DNA of 64,000 nt, taken from Eledone cirrhosa (lineage: Eukaryota). Location of the stretch: positions 219,790,001 through 219,854,000 of the forward strand of contig OZ024740.1 of NCBI GenBank assembly GCA_964016885.1. The letters are read 5' to 3'. The notes under the pieces are model-generated. The model was not told the DNA's origin. It saw only the letters and a list, made by a program, of their open reading frames with translations, and made no database searches. Of this stretch, positions 1-13,550 are shown piece by piece. Each line of letters starts with the position of its first letter. Position 1 is the first letter of the stretch. Position numbers and translations under genes: made by a program.

Positions 1-283
1 AGGTGGTGGTGGTGGAGGTGTTGGTGGTGGTGGTGGTGGTGGTGGTGGTGGTGGTAGTGGTGGTGGTGGTGGCGGCGGTGGTGGAGGTGGTGGTGGTGGT
101 GGTGGTGGTGGCGGTGGTGGTTGTGGTGGTGGTGGTGGAGGTGGTGCTGGTGGTGGTGGTGGAGGTGGTGGTGGTGGTGGTGGTGGTGGTGGTGGTGTTG
201 GTGGAGGTGGTGGTGGTGCTGGAGGTGGTGGTGGTGCTGGTGGTGGTGGTGGTGGTGGTTGTGGTGGTGGTGGTGGTGGTGGT
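1..283. repeat. (GGT)n trinucleotide microsatellite
   Basis: Near-pure GGT run; explains the poly-V and poly-W ORFs. Confidence 0.97.
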
Positions 284-349
284 TTCTGTTGTCTAAGAAG
301 CATAAGCCTGTATCCCTACTATTATGTACAAACTTATGAACTTTACAGT

Positions 350-563
<214 letters not shown>

Positions 564-702
564 CATCATTTTGTTTTAATTTATCGTTTTCGGTATGCCT
601 GACCGATTTAACTCACTCAATATGCAAATTAGGCAGCTCAGCCGTTAATTTTCATAAGGAAAGTATATACTTTCGAACGTTCAACTATCTGGCAGATGGG
701 TA

Positions 703-747
703 AACGGTGCTGATGATAGCTAACAAGCTTGAAACTAGTACATCGTT
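703..747 (+). ncRNA. Type I hammerhead ribozyme motif (copy 1)
   Basis: aacggtg-CTGATGA-t-agct-aaca-agct-t-GAAA-ctag-TA-catcgtt; helix I 7 bp with one GU; palindromic CTAG helix III loop; predicted cleavage after 740; U.U at the base of helix II is non-canonical. Confidence 0.8.
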
Positions 748-1168
748 CCTGTGTCAGTGTTGAACAAAAAGGTGACGTGGTTGCCTTAACACCGTATGGC
801 ATAAATTCAGGCTGTTCAGTTTGTTTACAAACGAACAAAGCGACGTTAGCGCCGCTAAACTGATACGTGCATATATGTATGTGTACCTGTATGCATATGT
901 ATGTATATATGTATATATATATATATATGTGCATGCTACTGTACGTCTGTATACATATATGTATGTACGTATACATGCATACTTGCATTTAAGTAAGTGC
1001 CATACTAAGAGTGAGAAATGAAATTTTGTTTTCATTTTGTTTTAATTTATCGTTTTCGGTATGCCTGACCGATTTAACTCACTCAATATGCAAATTAGGC
1101 AGCTCAGCCGTTAATTTTCATAAGGAAAGTATATACTTTCGAACGTTCAACTATCTGGCAGATGGGTA

Positions 1169-1213
1169 AACGGTGCTGATGATAGCTAACAAGCTTGAAA
1201 CTAGTACATCGTT
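1169..1213 (+). ncRNA. Type I hammerhead ribozyme motif (copy 2)
   Basis: Identical to 703-747, 466 nt downstream; predicted cleavage after 1206. Confidence 0.8.
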
Positions 1214-1501
1214 CCTGTGTCAGTGTTGAACAAAAAGGTGACGTGGTTGCCTTAACACCGTATGGCATAAATTCAGGCTGTTCAGTTTGTTTACAAACGA
1301 ACAAAGCGACGTTAGCGCCGCTAAACTGATACGTGCATATATGTATGTGTACCTGTATGCATATGTATATATATATATATATGTGCATGCTACTGTACGT
1401 CTGTATACATATATGTATGTACGTATACATGCATACTTACATTTAAGTAAGTGCCATACTAAGAGTGAGAAATGAAATTTTGTTTTCATTTTGTTTTAAT
1501 T

Positions 1502-1804
<303 letters not shown>

Positions 1805-2094
1805 GTGGTTCAGTAGATTCGTGGTTTACTGAGGAAAGTATCAATATCAGTGACATGGATCCTGAGCCATCCATCTGTGAAACGATCATAACTGTGTTTA
1901 ATCAATAAAGACCTTAATGTGAAACCTCATTTTGTATTTAATATATATATATATATATATATATGCAAAAGTTTTATTTAAAATTGTTGAGTTACAACAA
2001 GTAAATATTTTATAACTGATATAAAGCACTCAACAAGTTTTGGAGTAGATATACGATATTAAACAAATGGAAACTATATTTATAAAACCATATT

Positions 2095-2160
2095 TATTTC
2101 ATTATACATATTTCGGGGATACCATATTAAAAATATGGCATGCCTTCTTCAGATAAAATA
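2095..2160 (-). ncRNA. Type I hammerhead motif in a Penelope-type pLTR remnant (about 1966-2210)
   Basis: Minus strand: tattttat-CTGAAGA-aggcatgccatatttttaatatggtatcccc-GAAA-tatgta-TA-atgaaata; 8-bp helix I; same family at 53977, 62025 and 62140. Confidence 0.72.
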
Positions 2161-2293
2161 CAATATATAAACAGTTTTATAAATAATTTTGACGTACCAT
2201 AAATATTGAGCAACCATTATGTAGGGAGCTGGTTATATATATGTATGTATCTAAAAAGTTAACAGAAATAACAACACAATATATATATATATT

Positions 2294-2346
<53 letters not shown>

Positions 2347-3399
2347 TAAACAATAATCAAAGCTATGTTCAAATCAGTTTATTGCTGACAATCATTTCTT
2401 CCAAACTGTCGTTTGGAATCATCAGAGTTTAGCTGGATGAATGTTGTGAAGTCGTGATCGCCACTTTAACAGGGTAGTTGAATGAAGGTCGTTAGTTGCC
2501 AGTGTGATAAAATGATAGTATCCCCGTTGGATTATCTTGTCAACATAGACGTGAGGGAAGGTCCCCCGATCCATTCACCATCTCTGTATTTACAATATTC
2601 CTTTCGTCAGGTCGCCAATTCCAGCAGCATGGATTAAAGATGTTATTGAGACACGAGTAACATAATAACGACTTCAACCGCAGTAATTAGAGATGAAATG
2701 TTTGTTTATTTATATGGTTGAAGTTACAGATAAAAAGAGGTTACAAAAGGGAATGTGCCATTGCGCCGAAAAGTCGGCGAGGCTAGGGTGCAATATCTCA
2801 CCGTTACATTATGCGTGTTGCTGGTTCGAAGTTTCTGGTACAAGAGAGAGATTCTTCAAATCTTCGTGGGGAATTTCTTCCTCAGGGCGCGTAGGGATAC
2901 ATCCTCTTCTACTGGCGCTGATTGGCTGGACTGAGCCAAATCACGCACAGAGAATGTATGTGAGCCCGCGGAATGTATGTCACTACAGGAGCATTAGCAA
3001 TGTTTGTACAAATAATTAACCTCCTATTCAACTGAACAATCATATAGATACATGGATATTAATGTTGCCAACAACAGTTTCGTATTTACAGAGTGGAATG
3101 GATGCAACATAGATTTCAAGAGAATTGTACAATTATTAAAATTAAAAATTAAAAATTAAAAGTTGTTTCCTTCCAGTATATGCCTAACGCATTTTCACTC
3201 TCTATACCCTTGCATATGTACTGCTAGTGTCCTCGTTTCACAAGTAACTTTCTACCTTAATGTCTCTAATTGTTATACTAATCTCTGCCGCATGCATTCC
3301 ACTCTGTGCCTGTTTGACTTTTAATTTTTAATTTTAATTATTGTACAATTCTCTTGAAATCTATGTCACATCCATCTTGAAATCAATGTCGCATTTAGA

Positions 3400-3560
3400 A
3401 ATTACAACTGTAATAGCTGCCAATCTGGTGGGTGTTCTGTTTATACATATGAATATGGGGCAACAACGAGGAAAGCTCATCAGAACAATTCCCATGAAAA
3501 TATTTATAAAATAGGCAAAGATAGGTTGTATAGATGCAGCGATACCTGAGGTGTAGGCCC
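3400..3560 (-). mobile_element. Degraded non-LTR retrotransposon (LINE) ORF2 C-terminal fragment
   Basis: Peptide LFYKYFHGNCSDELSSLLP resembles the C-terminal motif of CR1/L2/Jockey-group LINE proteins. Confidence 0.5.
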
Positions 3561-3774
3561 AGCTGCTGTGCAGCTATAGCAAAGGTGCAGACATGGCTGG
3601 TATCTAGGCACGACTGTGTTGCAGCATTGTCTGAAGTACAGGTATGACAAAGGTACAGACATGGCTCATGTGTAGGCTGTACTACTTCTTCAACAGCCAT
3701 TCCCCTCTTCTTTTCTGCTATATTATCCCTCCCAACTTTTTTACTTCATTCTCTATTTGATTTCTGCCATTTCT

Positions 3775-5005
3775 GAAGTGTAGTTATGACTAATGTGCAG
3801 GTATGGCTTTGATACAAGCATATCTATGTAGGTATGTAGGTATATGTCTTATGTAAGGGTATGACTGAGGGGGAGGTATGACTAAGGTGTAGGTATGTCT
3901 TATGTATAGGTATGACTGAGGTGGAGGTATGACTGAGATGTGTAGGTATGTCTGAAGTGTAGTTATGACTGAGATGTACGTATGACTGAGGTGGAGGTAT
4001 GACTGAGGTGGAAGTATGTCTGAGGTGTAGGTATGACTGAGGTGGAAGTATGTCTGAGGTGTAGGTATGACTGAGGTGTAGGTATGTCTGAAGTGTAGGT
4101 ATGACTGAGATGTACGTATGACTGAGGTGGAAGTATGTCTGAAGTGTAGGTATGACTGAGATGTAGGTATGACTAAGGTGGAGGTATGATTGAGGTGGAA
4201 GTATGACTGAGGTGGAAGTATGTCCTAGGTGTAGGTATGACTGAAGTGTAGGTATGTCTGAGATGTAGATATGTCTGAAGTGTAGGTATGACTGAGGTGT
4301 AGGTATGACTGAGGTGTAGGTAGGACTAATGTGGAGGTATGTCTAAGATGGCGGTATGACTGAGGTGGAAGTATGAATGAGGTGGAGGTATGACTGTGGT
4401 GGAGGTATGTCTGAAGTGGAGGTATGTGTGAAGTGGACATATGATTGATGTGGAGTTATGACTGAGGTGTAGGTATGACTAATTTAGAGGTATGACTGAG
4501 ATGTAGGTATGACTGAGGTAGCAGTATGACTAAGCTGGAGCTATGTCTGCGGTGGAAGTGTGTCTGTGGTGGAGGTATGACTGAGGTGGAAGTATGACTG
4601 AGGTGGAGGTATGACTGAGATGTGTAGGTATGTCTGAAGTGTAGTTATGACTGAGATGTAGGTATGACTGAGGTGGAAGTATGACTGAGGTGTATGTATG
4701 TCTGAAGTGTAGGTATGTCTGAAGTGTAGTTATGACTGAGATGTAGGTATGACTGAGGTGGAAATATGACTGAGGTGTAGGTATGACTGAGGTGTAGGTA
4801 TGTCTGAGATGTAGATATGTCTGAAGTGTAGGTATGACTGAGGTGTAGGTATGTCTGAAATGTAGGTATGACTAAGGTGTAAGTATGACTGAGATGGAAG
4901 TATGACTAATGTGCAGGTATGTCTGACGTGGAAGTATGACTGAGATGGAGATATGACTGCGGTGTATCTATGTCTTATGTATAGGTATGACTAAGGTGGT
5001 AGTAT
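3775..5005. repeat. 17-bp minisatellite (gtatgactgaggtgtag)
   Basis: Degenerate tandem units visible directly. Confidence 0.9.
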
Positions 5006-5082
5006 GCCTTTGATGCGGCCATGTCAGAAGTCCTCTCACCCCATGTGTACCCAGTTTAGAAGAATTTCACCAGATCTCTGCA

Positions 5083-6690
5083 TGATGATAAAATATGTAA
5101 ACCTCCCTACTGCTGATGCCATAATAAAATATAACATGACTACTTTCCTATAGCTGGTGCCATGATAAAATATGAAAACCTCCCTATAGCTGGTGCCATG
5201 ATAAAATATGACAACCTCCCTAGTGCTGGTGCCATGATAAAATATGACAACCTCCCTGGTGCTGGTGCCATGATAAAATATGACAACCTCCCTAGTGCTG
5301 GTGCAATGATAAAATATGACAACCTCCCTAGTGCTGGTGCAATGATAAAATATGACAACCTCCCTACTGCTGGTGCCATGATAAAATATGACAACCTCCC
5401 TGGTGCTGGTGCCATGATAAAATATGACAACCTCCCTAGTGCTGGTGCAATGATAAAATATGACAACCTCCCTAGTGCTGGTGCAATGATAAAATATGAC
5501 AACCTCCCTAGTGCTGGTGCAATGATAAAATATGACAACCTCCCTAGTGCTGGTGCAATGATAAAATACGTGGTAACTTTCCTAGTGTTGATGCCATGAT
5601 AAAAAATGATATGACAACCTCCTAGTACTGGTGCCATGATAAAATATGACATGACAACCTTCCTATTCCTATTGCTGGTGCCATGATAAAATATGATAAC
5701 CTCCCTAGTGCTGGGGCTATGATAAAAAAATATGGCAGGACAACATCCCTAGTGCTGGTGCCATGATAAAAGATGACAACCTCCCTACTGCTGGTGCCAT
5801 GATAAAAGATGACAACCTCCCTACTGCTGGTGCCATGATAAAATATGACAACCTCCCTAGTGTTGGTGCCATGATAAAATATGACAACCTCCCTAGTGTT
5901 GGTGCCATGATAAAATATGACAACCTCCCTACTATTGGTGCCATGATAAAATATGACAACCTCCCTAGTGTTGGTGCCATGATAAAATATGACAACCTCC
6001 CTAGTGTTGGTGCCATGATAAAATATGACAACCTCCCTACTATTGGTGCCATGATAAAATATGACAACCTCCCTAGTGTTGGTGCCATGATAAAATATGA
6101 CAACCTCCCTAGTGTTGGTGCCATGATAAAATATGACAACCTCCCTACTATTGGTGCCATGATAAAATATGACAACCTCCCTAGTGTTGGTGCCATGATA
6201 AAATATGACAACCTCCCTAGTGTTGGTGCCATGATAAAATATGACAACCTCCCTACTATTGGTGCCATGATAAAATATGACAACCTCCCTAGTGTTGGTG
6301 CCATGATAAAATATGACAACCTCCCTACTATTGGTGCCATGATAAAATATGACAACCTCCCTAGTGTTGGTGCCATGATAAAATATGACAACCTCCCTAG
6401 TGTTGGTGCCATGATAAAATATGGCAGGACAACATCCCTTGTGCTGGTGCCATGATAAAATATGACAACCTACCTAGTGCTGGTGCCATGATAAAATATG
6501 GCAGGACAACATCCCTAGTGCTTGTGCCATGATAAAAGCTGACATGACAACCTCCCTATTGCTGGTGCCATGATAAAATATGACAACCTCCCTAGTGCTG
6601 GTGCCATGATAAAATATGACAACCTCCTTAGTGTTGGTGCCATGATAAAATATGACATGACAACCTCCCTCTAGTGCTGGTACCATGATA
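5083..6690. repeat. 36-bp minisatellite (catgataaaatatgacaacctccctagtgctggtgc)
   Basis: Tandem units; explains the 12-aa periodic ORFs. Confidence 0.95.
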
Positions 6691-7504
6691 TAATGCATGT
6701 TGCACTCTGTAGCATTCATGATCATTGGCTTTGATTGAGAATTGACTTGGTCCGTGACAACCTGTCAACCCTTACTAGCAGGGAAAGGAAATATAAAATG
6801 ATTGTAATAATGATGACAATGATGATATATATACATGTATATGTATGTGTTTGTACAAATAGAATTTGCGTTATGGATAAGACTAGTGGAAAGAATACTC
6901 AGTCAACTAAGATTATCCTTGCAGTTTCAAGGCCAAAACTCCCTTTAGAGTAGTTGAAATCGTGAGAATAATTATCACTAAAGACATGGTGATGTTATAT
7001 TTTCAAAGGAGCATACGTTAACCAAACCTGTTTTATTTTTTTCTAAATAGTGCTGAATCCTGGGACCCCTGCTAGATACTATGACTGGCACCTCCTCCCA
7101 CTCCTGCTGCATATAAGATCTTACTGAGAATAAAAATAAAACATGAAAACTAACAAAATCTTTCTATGCTAATTGTTGGGGAGAAAGACTTCCAATTAGA
7201 TTATATTGTCTTGAACCTCTCTACGACCATATTTCTAATGAAATACACTGCCCGTGTATTTCATTTAAAGTTTAACCCTTTAGCATTTACATTACTCTAT
7301 ATTTACTATTATATATTCACAGTAAAGGCTTTACCTCACATAATTATCTCACATGATATTGAATCTATGAGATATTGATGTTATTTATGTTGAGAACAAT
7401 ATCCTCAATGTCAGCATAAGTGGCCAGTTATGGTCGGTTTGAACAGAAAGAGGTGAGAGAATTCTGGACGGATACAGCTCGTTTAAATGCTAAAGAATAT
7501 TACC

Positions 7505-8305
7505 TGACAACCTCCCTAGTACTGGTGCCATGATTAAATACATAACAATCTTCCTAGTGTTGGTGCCATGATAAAATATGTCATGACAACCACCATAGTG
7601 CTGGTGCCATGATAAAATATGTCATGGCAACCACCATAGTGCTGTGCCAGGATAAAATATGTCATGACAACCACCATAATTTTGGTGCCATGATAAAATA
7701 TGTCATGACAACCACCATAGTGCTGGTGCCAGGATAAAATATGTCATGACAACCACCATAATTTTGGTGCCATGATAAAATATGTCATGACAACCACCAT
7801 AGTGCTGGTGCCAGGATAAAATATGTCATGACAACCACCATAATGTTGGTGCCATGATAAAATATGTCATGACAACCACCATAGTGCTGGTGCCATGATA
7901 AAATATGTCATGGCAACCACCATAGTGCTGGTGCCAGGATAAAATATGTCATGGCAACCACCATAGTGCTGGTGCCATTATAAAATATGTCATGACAACC
8001 ACCATAGTGCTGGTGCCATTATAAAATATGTCATGGCAACCACCATAGTGCTGGTGCCAGGATAAAATATGTCATGGCAACCACCATAGTGCTGGTGCCA
8101 GGATAAAATATGTCATGGCAACCACCATAGTGCTGGTGCCAGGATAAAATATGTCATGGCAACCACCATAGTGCTGGTGCCATGATAAAATATGTCATGG
8201 CAACCCTCCTAGTGCTGATGCCATGATAAAATATGTCATGGCAACCCTCCTAGTGCTGATGCCATGATAAAATACATGACAATCTCCCTAGTGCTGGTGC
8301 CATGA
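7505..8305. repeat. 41-bp minisatellite related to the 36-mer
   Basis: catgataaaatatgtcatgacaaccaccatagtgctggtgc; period 41 (7567, 7608). Confidence 0.92.
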
Positions 8306-9015
8306 TGCAGGTGGTGCCATGATGCAGCTGGTTTAATTGCTAAAGGGTTAAGGGGTTTACTTGTATAATTATTTTTTTCATTTTAATTATGATGTTTGAG
8401 GTGTAATGTAAAAGTGTCTTAGATAAAATTATGATGGGAGGTTTTAGTTTAAATATGAACACTTCAAAACAAGAATGTTTGTCATAAAACCAAAGTAGTT
8501 ACAGTGAGGTTGGTATCAAAAGATAAATCTCTCCTTGATTAAGCACATATATTACTTATGATTGGTTTAAAAGTTTCTTTAGACTGCAAAATAGCTGAAG
8601 ATAATAAGAACCATCTGCTACAGGAAGAAGACAGCTGGAATTCTAACAGTCATTTCTAGCTACTGATTGGTAAATAATTCATAGCCATCAAACTAAACTG
8701 AATTTAAAGTAAACTTATCAGAAAAAAAGGCATATATATATTTGTGACAAACTGAACAGAACAAAGCAGAATATTGCTATTGCGTTAATCAAATAATCCA
8801 GTCTAGACAGAATGATTCCAAATATTATCGGTTTATCTGACGTGGTCTGTGAGAAAACGTCCAACCCATGTCAGCATGTAAAAATGAACATTAATTGATG
8901 GTGATTTCTATCAAATACCAACAAGTTCTGATAAAGATTTTTTTTTATTCAGACCAGACTACACAGTTAAAACTAAAAATAATCTTTATATCACCAGTTG
9001 GGTTCCTAACACAAT

Positions 9016-9016
<1 letters not shown>

Positions 9017-9087
<71 letters not shown>

Positions 9088-9094
9088 ACTCTCA

Positions 9095-9174
<80 letters not shown>
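9017..9174. repeat. (CT)n microsatellite
   Basis: Direct reading of the sequence. Confidence 0.95.
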
Positions 9175-9177
<3 letters not shown>

Positions 9178-9329
9178 CTTTGCTCCTTTGCACATATATG
9201 TATGTGTGGTGCAAAAAGAAAACGGAAACAACAAAGCAAACAACACTGTAAAATTAGAAAATATATATTATTTTAATGCTTGACATAGAAAGGAAAGGAG
9301 TCTTTATGTTTATATATGTGTGTCTGTGT

Positions 9330-9945
9330 GTGAACGAATTGAGAGAGAGACTGAGCATAAGAGGAATCAAATGCTGTGTGCAGGAGAGCAGGTTGCGTTG
9401 GTATGGACATCTGATGCGTATGAAGGATGACAGCCGCATAAAAAGGTGCAGAGTACTAAAAGTCGATGGAAGCCTAGGAGTGGGGAGACCCAACAAGACC
9501 TGGGATGAGGTGATAAAAGCTTACGTTGCCCAATTGCACTTCTCAAAGGCGATGACACAGGACTGAGACGTCTGGCATTACACAGTAATACAGAAGACCC
9601 GACTTCCCATGGGTACATGCTGAAAATGAAGCATATAGAGAGTATGTCCCTACCCCCTATCCCCTCTCCCACTGCAAAGGGGTCGAGGAGGTGTCATGAC
9701 AAAAAAGCACCCAGTCATCACTGTAAAGTGGTCGTGTAGGTGCCATGGTAAAAAAGCACCCAGTACTCACTGTAAATGAGGTTGGTGTTAGGAAGGGCAT
9801 CCAGCTGTAGAAATCAAGCCAAAATCAGTTGCTGTATGGGCAAGACAAGGTCACCCAACCTGGTATTACCCACAACAGGACAACCCGTCTAACCCATGCT
9901 AGTATGGAAGAATGGACATGAAATGGTGATGATGATGGTGATGAT
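9330..9945 (+). mobile_element. RTE-clade LINE 3' fragment
   Basis: ELRERLSIRGIKCCVQESRLRWYGHLMRM...GRPNKTWDEVIK is a typical RTE ORF2 C-terminus; the 3' UTR ends in a (GAT)n tail. Confidence 0.85.
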
Positions 9946-10129
9946 TAGTTTAATGTTTGATATAGTAGGAAAAGAATCTTTATGTTTTGGACACTGTTCC
10001 TTCATCAGAAGATAGAATGAGAAATAAAAGATGAAATAGAAAGATAGAGAGTGAGACGAGGAAGGAACTGGAAAAAGATTTTTTGAGACAAAACGTGTAT
10101 TCAGTCAGCTATATATATACAGAAGACTC

Positions 10130-10612
10130 ACCTTCCCTTACATACAAACTTAAACCTACAATCAGTAGGCACCTCTTAACCCAATATACACCCCACCCCA
10201 CACACCCTACCCCATCCTCCAATTTCCGTCCACTGTAAAGTAGTCACGTAGGTGACATGACAAAAAGCACCCAGTCCACACTGTAAAGTGGTCGTGTAGG
10301 TGACATGACAAAAAGCACCCAGTCCACACTGTAAAGTGGTCGTGTAGGTGACATGATAAAAAGCACCCAGTCCACACTGTAAAGTGGTCGTGTAGGTGAC
10401 ATGATAAAAAGCACCCAGTCCACATTGTAAAGTGGTCGAGTAGGTGACACAGTAAAAAGGCTCCCAGCCCACACTGTAAATGTGATTGAAAACCTGCGAG
10501 AAACAGTTCTATACGAACAAGACTCGGCCTCCCAACCAATCTAGCTTCAAGTGGGACAAAACCGTCCAACCCATGCTAGCAGGGAAAATGGGCATTAAAC
10601 AATGATAATGAT
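10130..10612 (+). mobile_element. RTE 3' UTR fragment with an internal 48-bp tandem repeat (about 5 units, 10231-10480)
   Basis: cactgtaaagtggtcgtgtaggtgacatgacaaaaagcacccagtcca tandem; same tail as the other RTE copies. Confidence 0.75.
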
Positions 10613-10680
10613 ATATATATCATATATATATATATATATATGTATATGTATGTACATATTGTGTGTGTTTATAGAGTCAA

Positions 10681-11190
10681 AATAATTGTTTCTACTTTTG
10701 GCACAGGGCCAGCAATTATCCAGTACATTACTGGTACTTTATTTTATCGACCCCCGTAAGGATGAAAGGCAAAGTCAACCTCGGCGGGATTTGAACTCAG
10801 ATCGTAAAGAGACGTAACTATGCTGGAAAGCATGGCGTCCGACCCTCTACCGATACTGCCAATCCACCAAAATAATATTTGTTATTGATAGTGGCTGTTT
10901 ACTTTGAAGTTTTCAGATAATACTTGTTTCACGAAACAGTTTTGAGCAGGGCGTAGTATTGGTGAAACTTTCACGTAAATATCTGCTATTAATAATAATA
11001 ATTGTTTCTACTTTAGGCACAAGGCCAGCAATTACTCAGTACATTACTGGTACTTTATTTTATCGACCCCGTAAGGATTAAAGGCAAAGTTAACCTCGGC
11101 GGGATTTGAACTCAGATCATAAAGGGACGTAACTCTATGCGTCAAAGCATGGCGTCCGACTCTCTACCGATACAGCCAATCCACCGCCCT
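10681..11190 (-). mobile_element. Two copies of tRNA-derived SINE family B (10681-10870, 10995-11190)
   Basis: Minus-strand B-box-like gagttcaaatccc followed by ctttgcctttcatcct...gtcgataaaataaagtaccag; more copies at about 15615, 20900, 44820, 55140 and 56470. Confidence 0.8.
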
Positions 11191-12336
11191 TAATAATATA
11201 TGTGTATATATATGTGTGTGTGTGTGCACATATATATATATATATATATAAACATACATATATGTGTATATAGACAGGCCAAACACACATGCAAAAACAG
11301 AATTTTTTATATTATCTTGTTTTATTTTTGAGATTTTGAGAAAAAAAAAAAAAAAAAAACACACTTCTTCATGGCATTAGTTTATTTACTGTTTATATTG
11401 ATAGTATTTACTATAATGCGAAAAAGTTCCAAGACAAGAATGATATATGAGGACCAAATGTTAGTGTTTTAGCTTTGAGCATTTGTATAAAATCTAATGT
11501 CAACACTGTTTTCTGCTGCATTAATTTTCCCACTCATTCAGTGTTATATTTCAAATTTATTCACCTCTGACATTCTTCACTAATTTGTTCTTTCTTTTAA
11601 TGTCATTTCTACAAATTCTTCTAGTTGTATATGTGTGTGTGATAAAATATTCAGTTATTATCAGAATTTGCTGACCATTGACGAACCACATAAAAAATTA
11701 AACATGCAAAACTGCTCATGTGTTAGTCAGCATAGCTTAATCATCATCATCCTCATCATCAACGCCGTTTAACGTCCATTTTTTCATGCTAGCATGGGTT
11801 AGATGAACTGTCCTGTTGTGAGACAAGCCAGATCAGATGACCATGTCATGATCATACAGAACTGATTCTGGCTTGGTTTCTACAGCTGGATACCCTTCCT
11901 AACGCCAACCACATTTACAGTGTGTACTGGGTGCTTTTTGTCATGGCACCAAAATGGCCACTTTACAGTGTTGACTGGGGGCTTTGGTGGGGGAGGTATG
12001 TGGGGATTGGAGAGGTTGATCTAGTGTGAGGCACTTATCCTGTGAAGGGTGTGATGTAGGGACATGTATGAAGGGTAGAGTGAATCAGTTATATTTACAG
12101 CTGGCTCTGTGAAGTATAAGTGAAAATTTTTCATCTTCTTTGGATTTGTTAATTCTGAAACAATTGAGTCGATGATATAAAAAATGTTTCACCAAATAAT
12201 TTACTGTTTAGAATTTTAAAATGTTTAATCTAGCATATACTCTATCTTCTAGTTTTGTTGTAACATTATACTTGTGGTTGAAAACCTTTTCAGTTGTATC
12301 ATCATCATCATCATCATCACCACCACCACCACCACC

Positions 12337-12370
<34 letters not shown>

Positions 12371-13084
12371 TTTTATGTCTATTTTCCATGCTGGCATGTG
12401 TTAGACAGGGTGTTATAGTCCAATTCAGAGTTTCTGCTATTCAAAATGGGTTGTGGGACCACACAACACTTTTATGTTCCAATTTTTTATTTGGTTTCTA
12501 CAGATAGATGCCCTTACTAACACCAACCACATTACAGAGTGTATCTATGTGTGCATGGACCCATAACTCCTGATGGTGTAGTAGGGGCGCCATGATGACT
12601 TTAAACTTGGGGGAACTTTCTAGGTGCAAATCCCACAGTCATTTGTGACTGAAGGGAGTCTTTATTTTATATGATCATACAATGAACTCTGCTCTCAGAA
12701 TGACATATGAGTGATCAGCTATTCTTTCAGTTGAATAACCTACTCATTGAACTAAAGAGGAAAGTGGGTGAGAATTCCACAGATATGTGTACTCTTAATG
12801 TAATTCTCAAATGGAATCAGAGTGACACAATGTGATAAAGCTGCATTTTTGAATTATAAGAACAGTCCATCTGACAGGCTTCCATACATATTCCAGTTTT
12901 ACTCACAAGTCTTGAATGATTCCAAGGCTTGGAGGAAAGTCTCTTGTCCAAGATGCTAAACAATACAACCAAACCTGGGACCTCATGATTGCAAAGCAAA
13001 TTTTTTATGGCCAGACCCACATCCATTAGGCTTTTATAAGCAACCATTAACTATAACTATTTCTCTCTATATATATATATATAA

Positions 13085-13550
13085 CAAAAGGTTGATTGTA
13101 TGATGCCTGTGTGAGATGCACGATGATGCATGGTAATGAAACATGGCAACTATAGAGGATATGTGAAGGCTGGAGAGAAATGAAGCAAGCCTGTGCGAAT
13201 GTATGTGCAATGTTAATGTGTGTAAACGACCAAGAATGGACAAGTTGAAAGAGAAACTGTATAAAAGGAATAAACTGTAGTATGCAGGAGAGAAGACTGC
13301 ATTGGTATGGCTATGTATTGTGCATGGATGATAACCGGTGGGTGAAGAGGTGCCAAGAAATCCAAGGAAGATGCAGTAGAAATAGACAACGGAAAACATA
13401 GGCAGAGGTGGTGAGAGCTGACCTCAGATTGCTGAAGCTCACACAGGAGATGAAGAAGGTCCATGATAAATGGAGAGATGCTGCGCTGAAGAGAACCCAT
13501 CTCACCCTTGCAAGCAAAGAAAAGCGGATGTAAAATGACGATGATAATGA
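13085..13550 (+). mobile_element. Degraded RTE LINE fragment
   Basis: Homologous to 9330-9600 and 46470-46700 (caggagagaagactgcattggtatgg); (GAT)n-like end. Confidence 0.7.

Noticed and set aside
638-1489. Duplicated 60-116-aa ORFs in the tandem element
   Set aside because: Partly microsatellite-derived and not conserved in the related family at 48723-49484, whereas the RNA structure is conserved
5140-6455. Repetitive proteins (MIKYDNLPSAGA)n
   Set aside because: The 36-bp unit is a multiple of 3 and stop-free by chance; the related 41-bp array breaks frame; no splice context
10231-10480. CRISPR-like appearance of the 48-bp (and 36-, 41- and 23-bp) repeats
   Set aside because: No unique spacers, no cas genes, eukaryotic context
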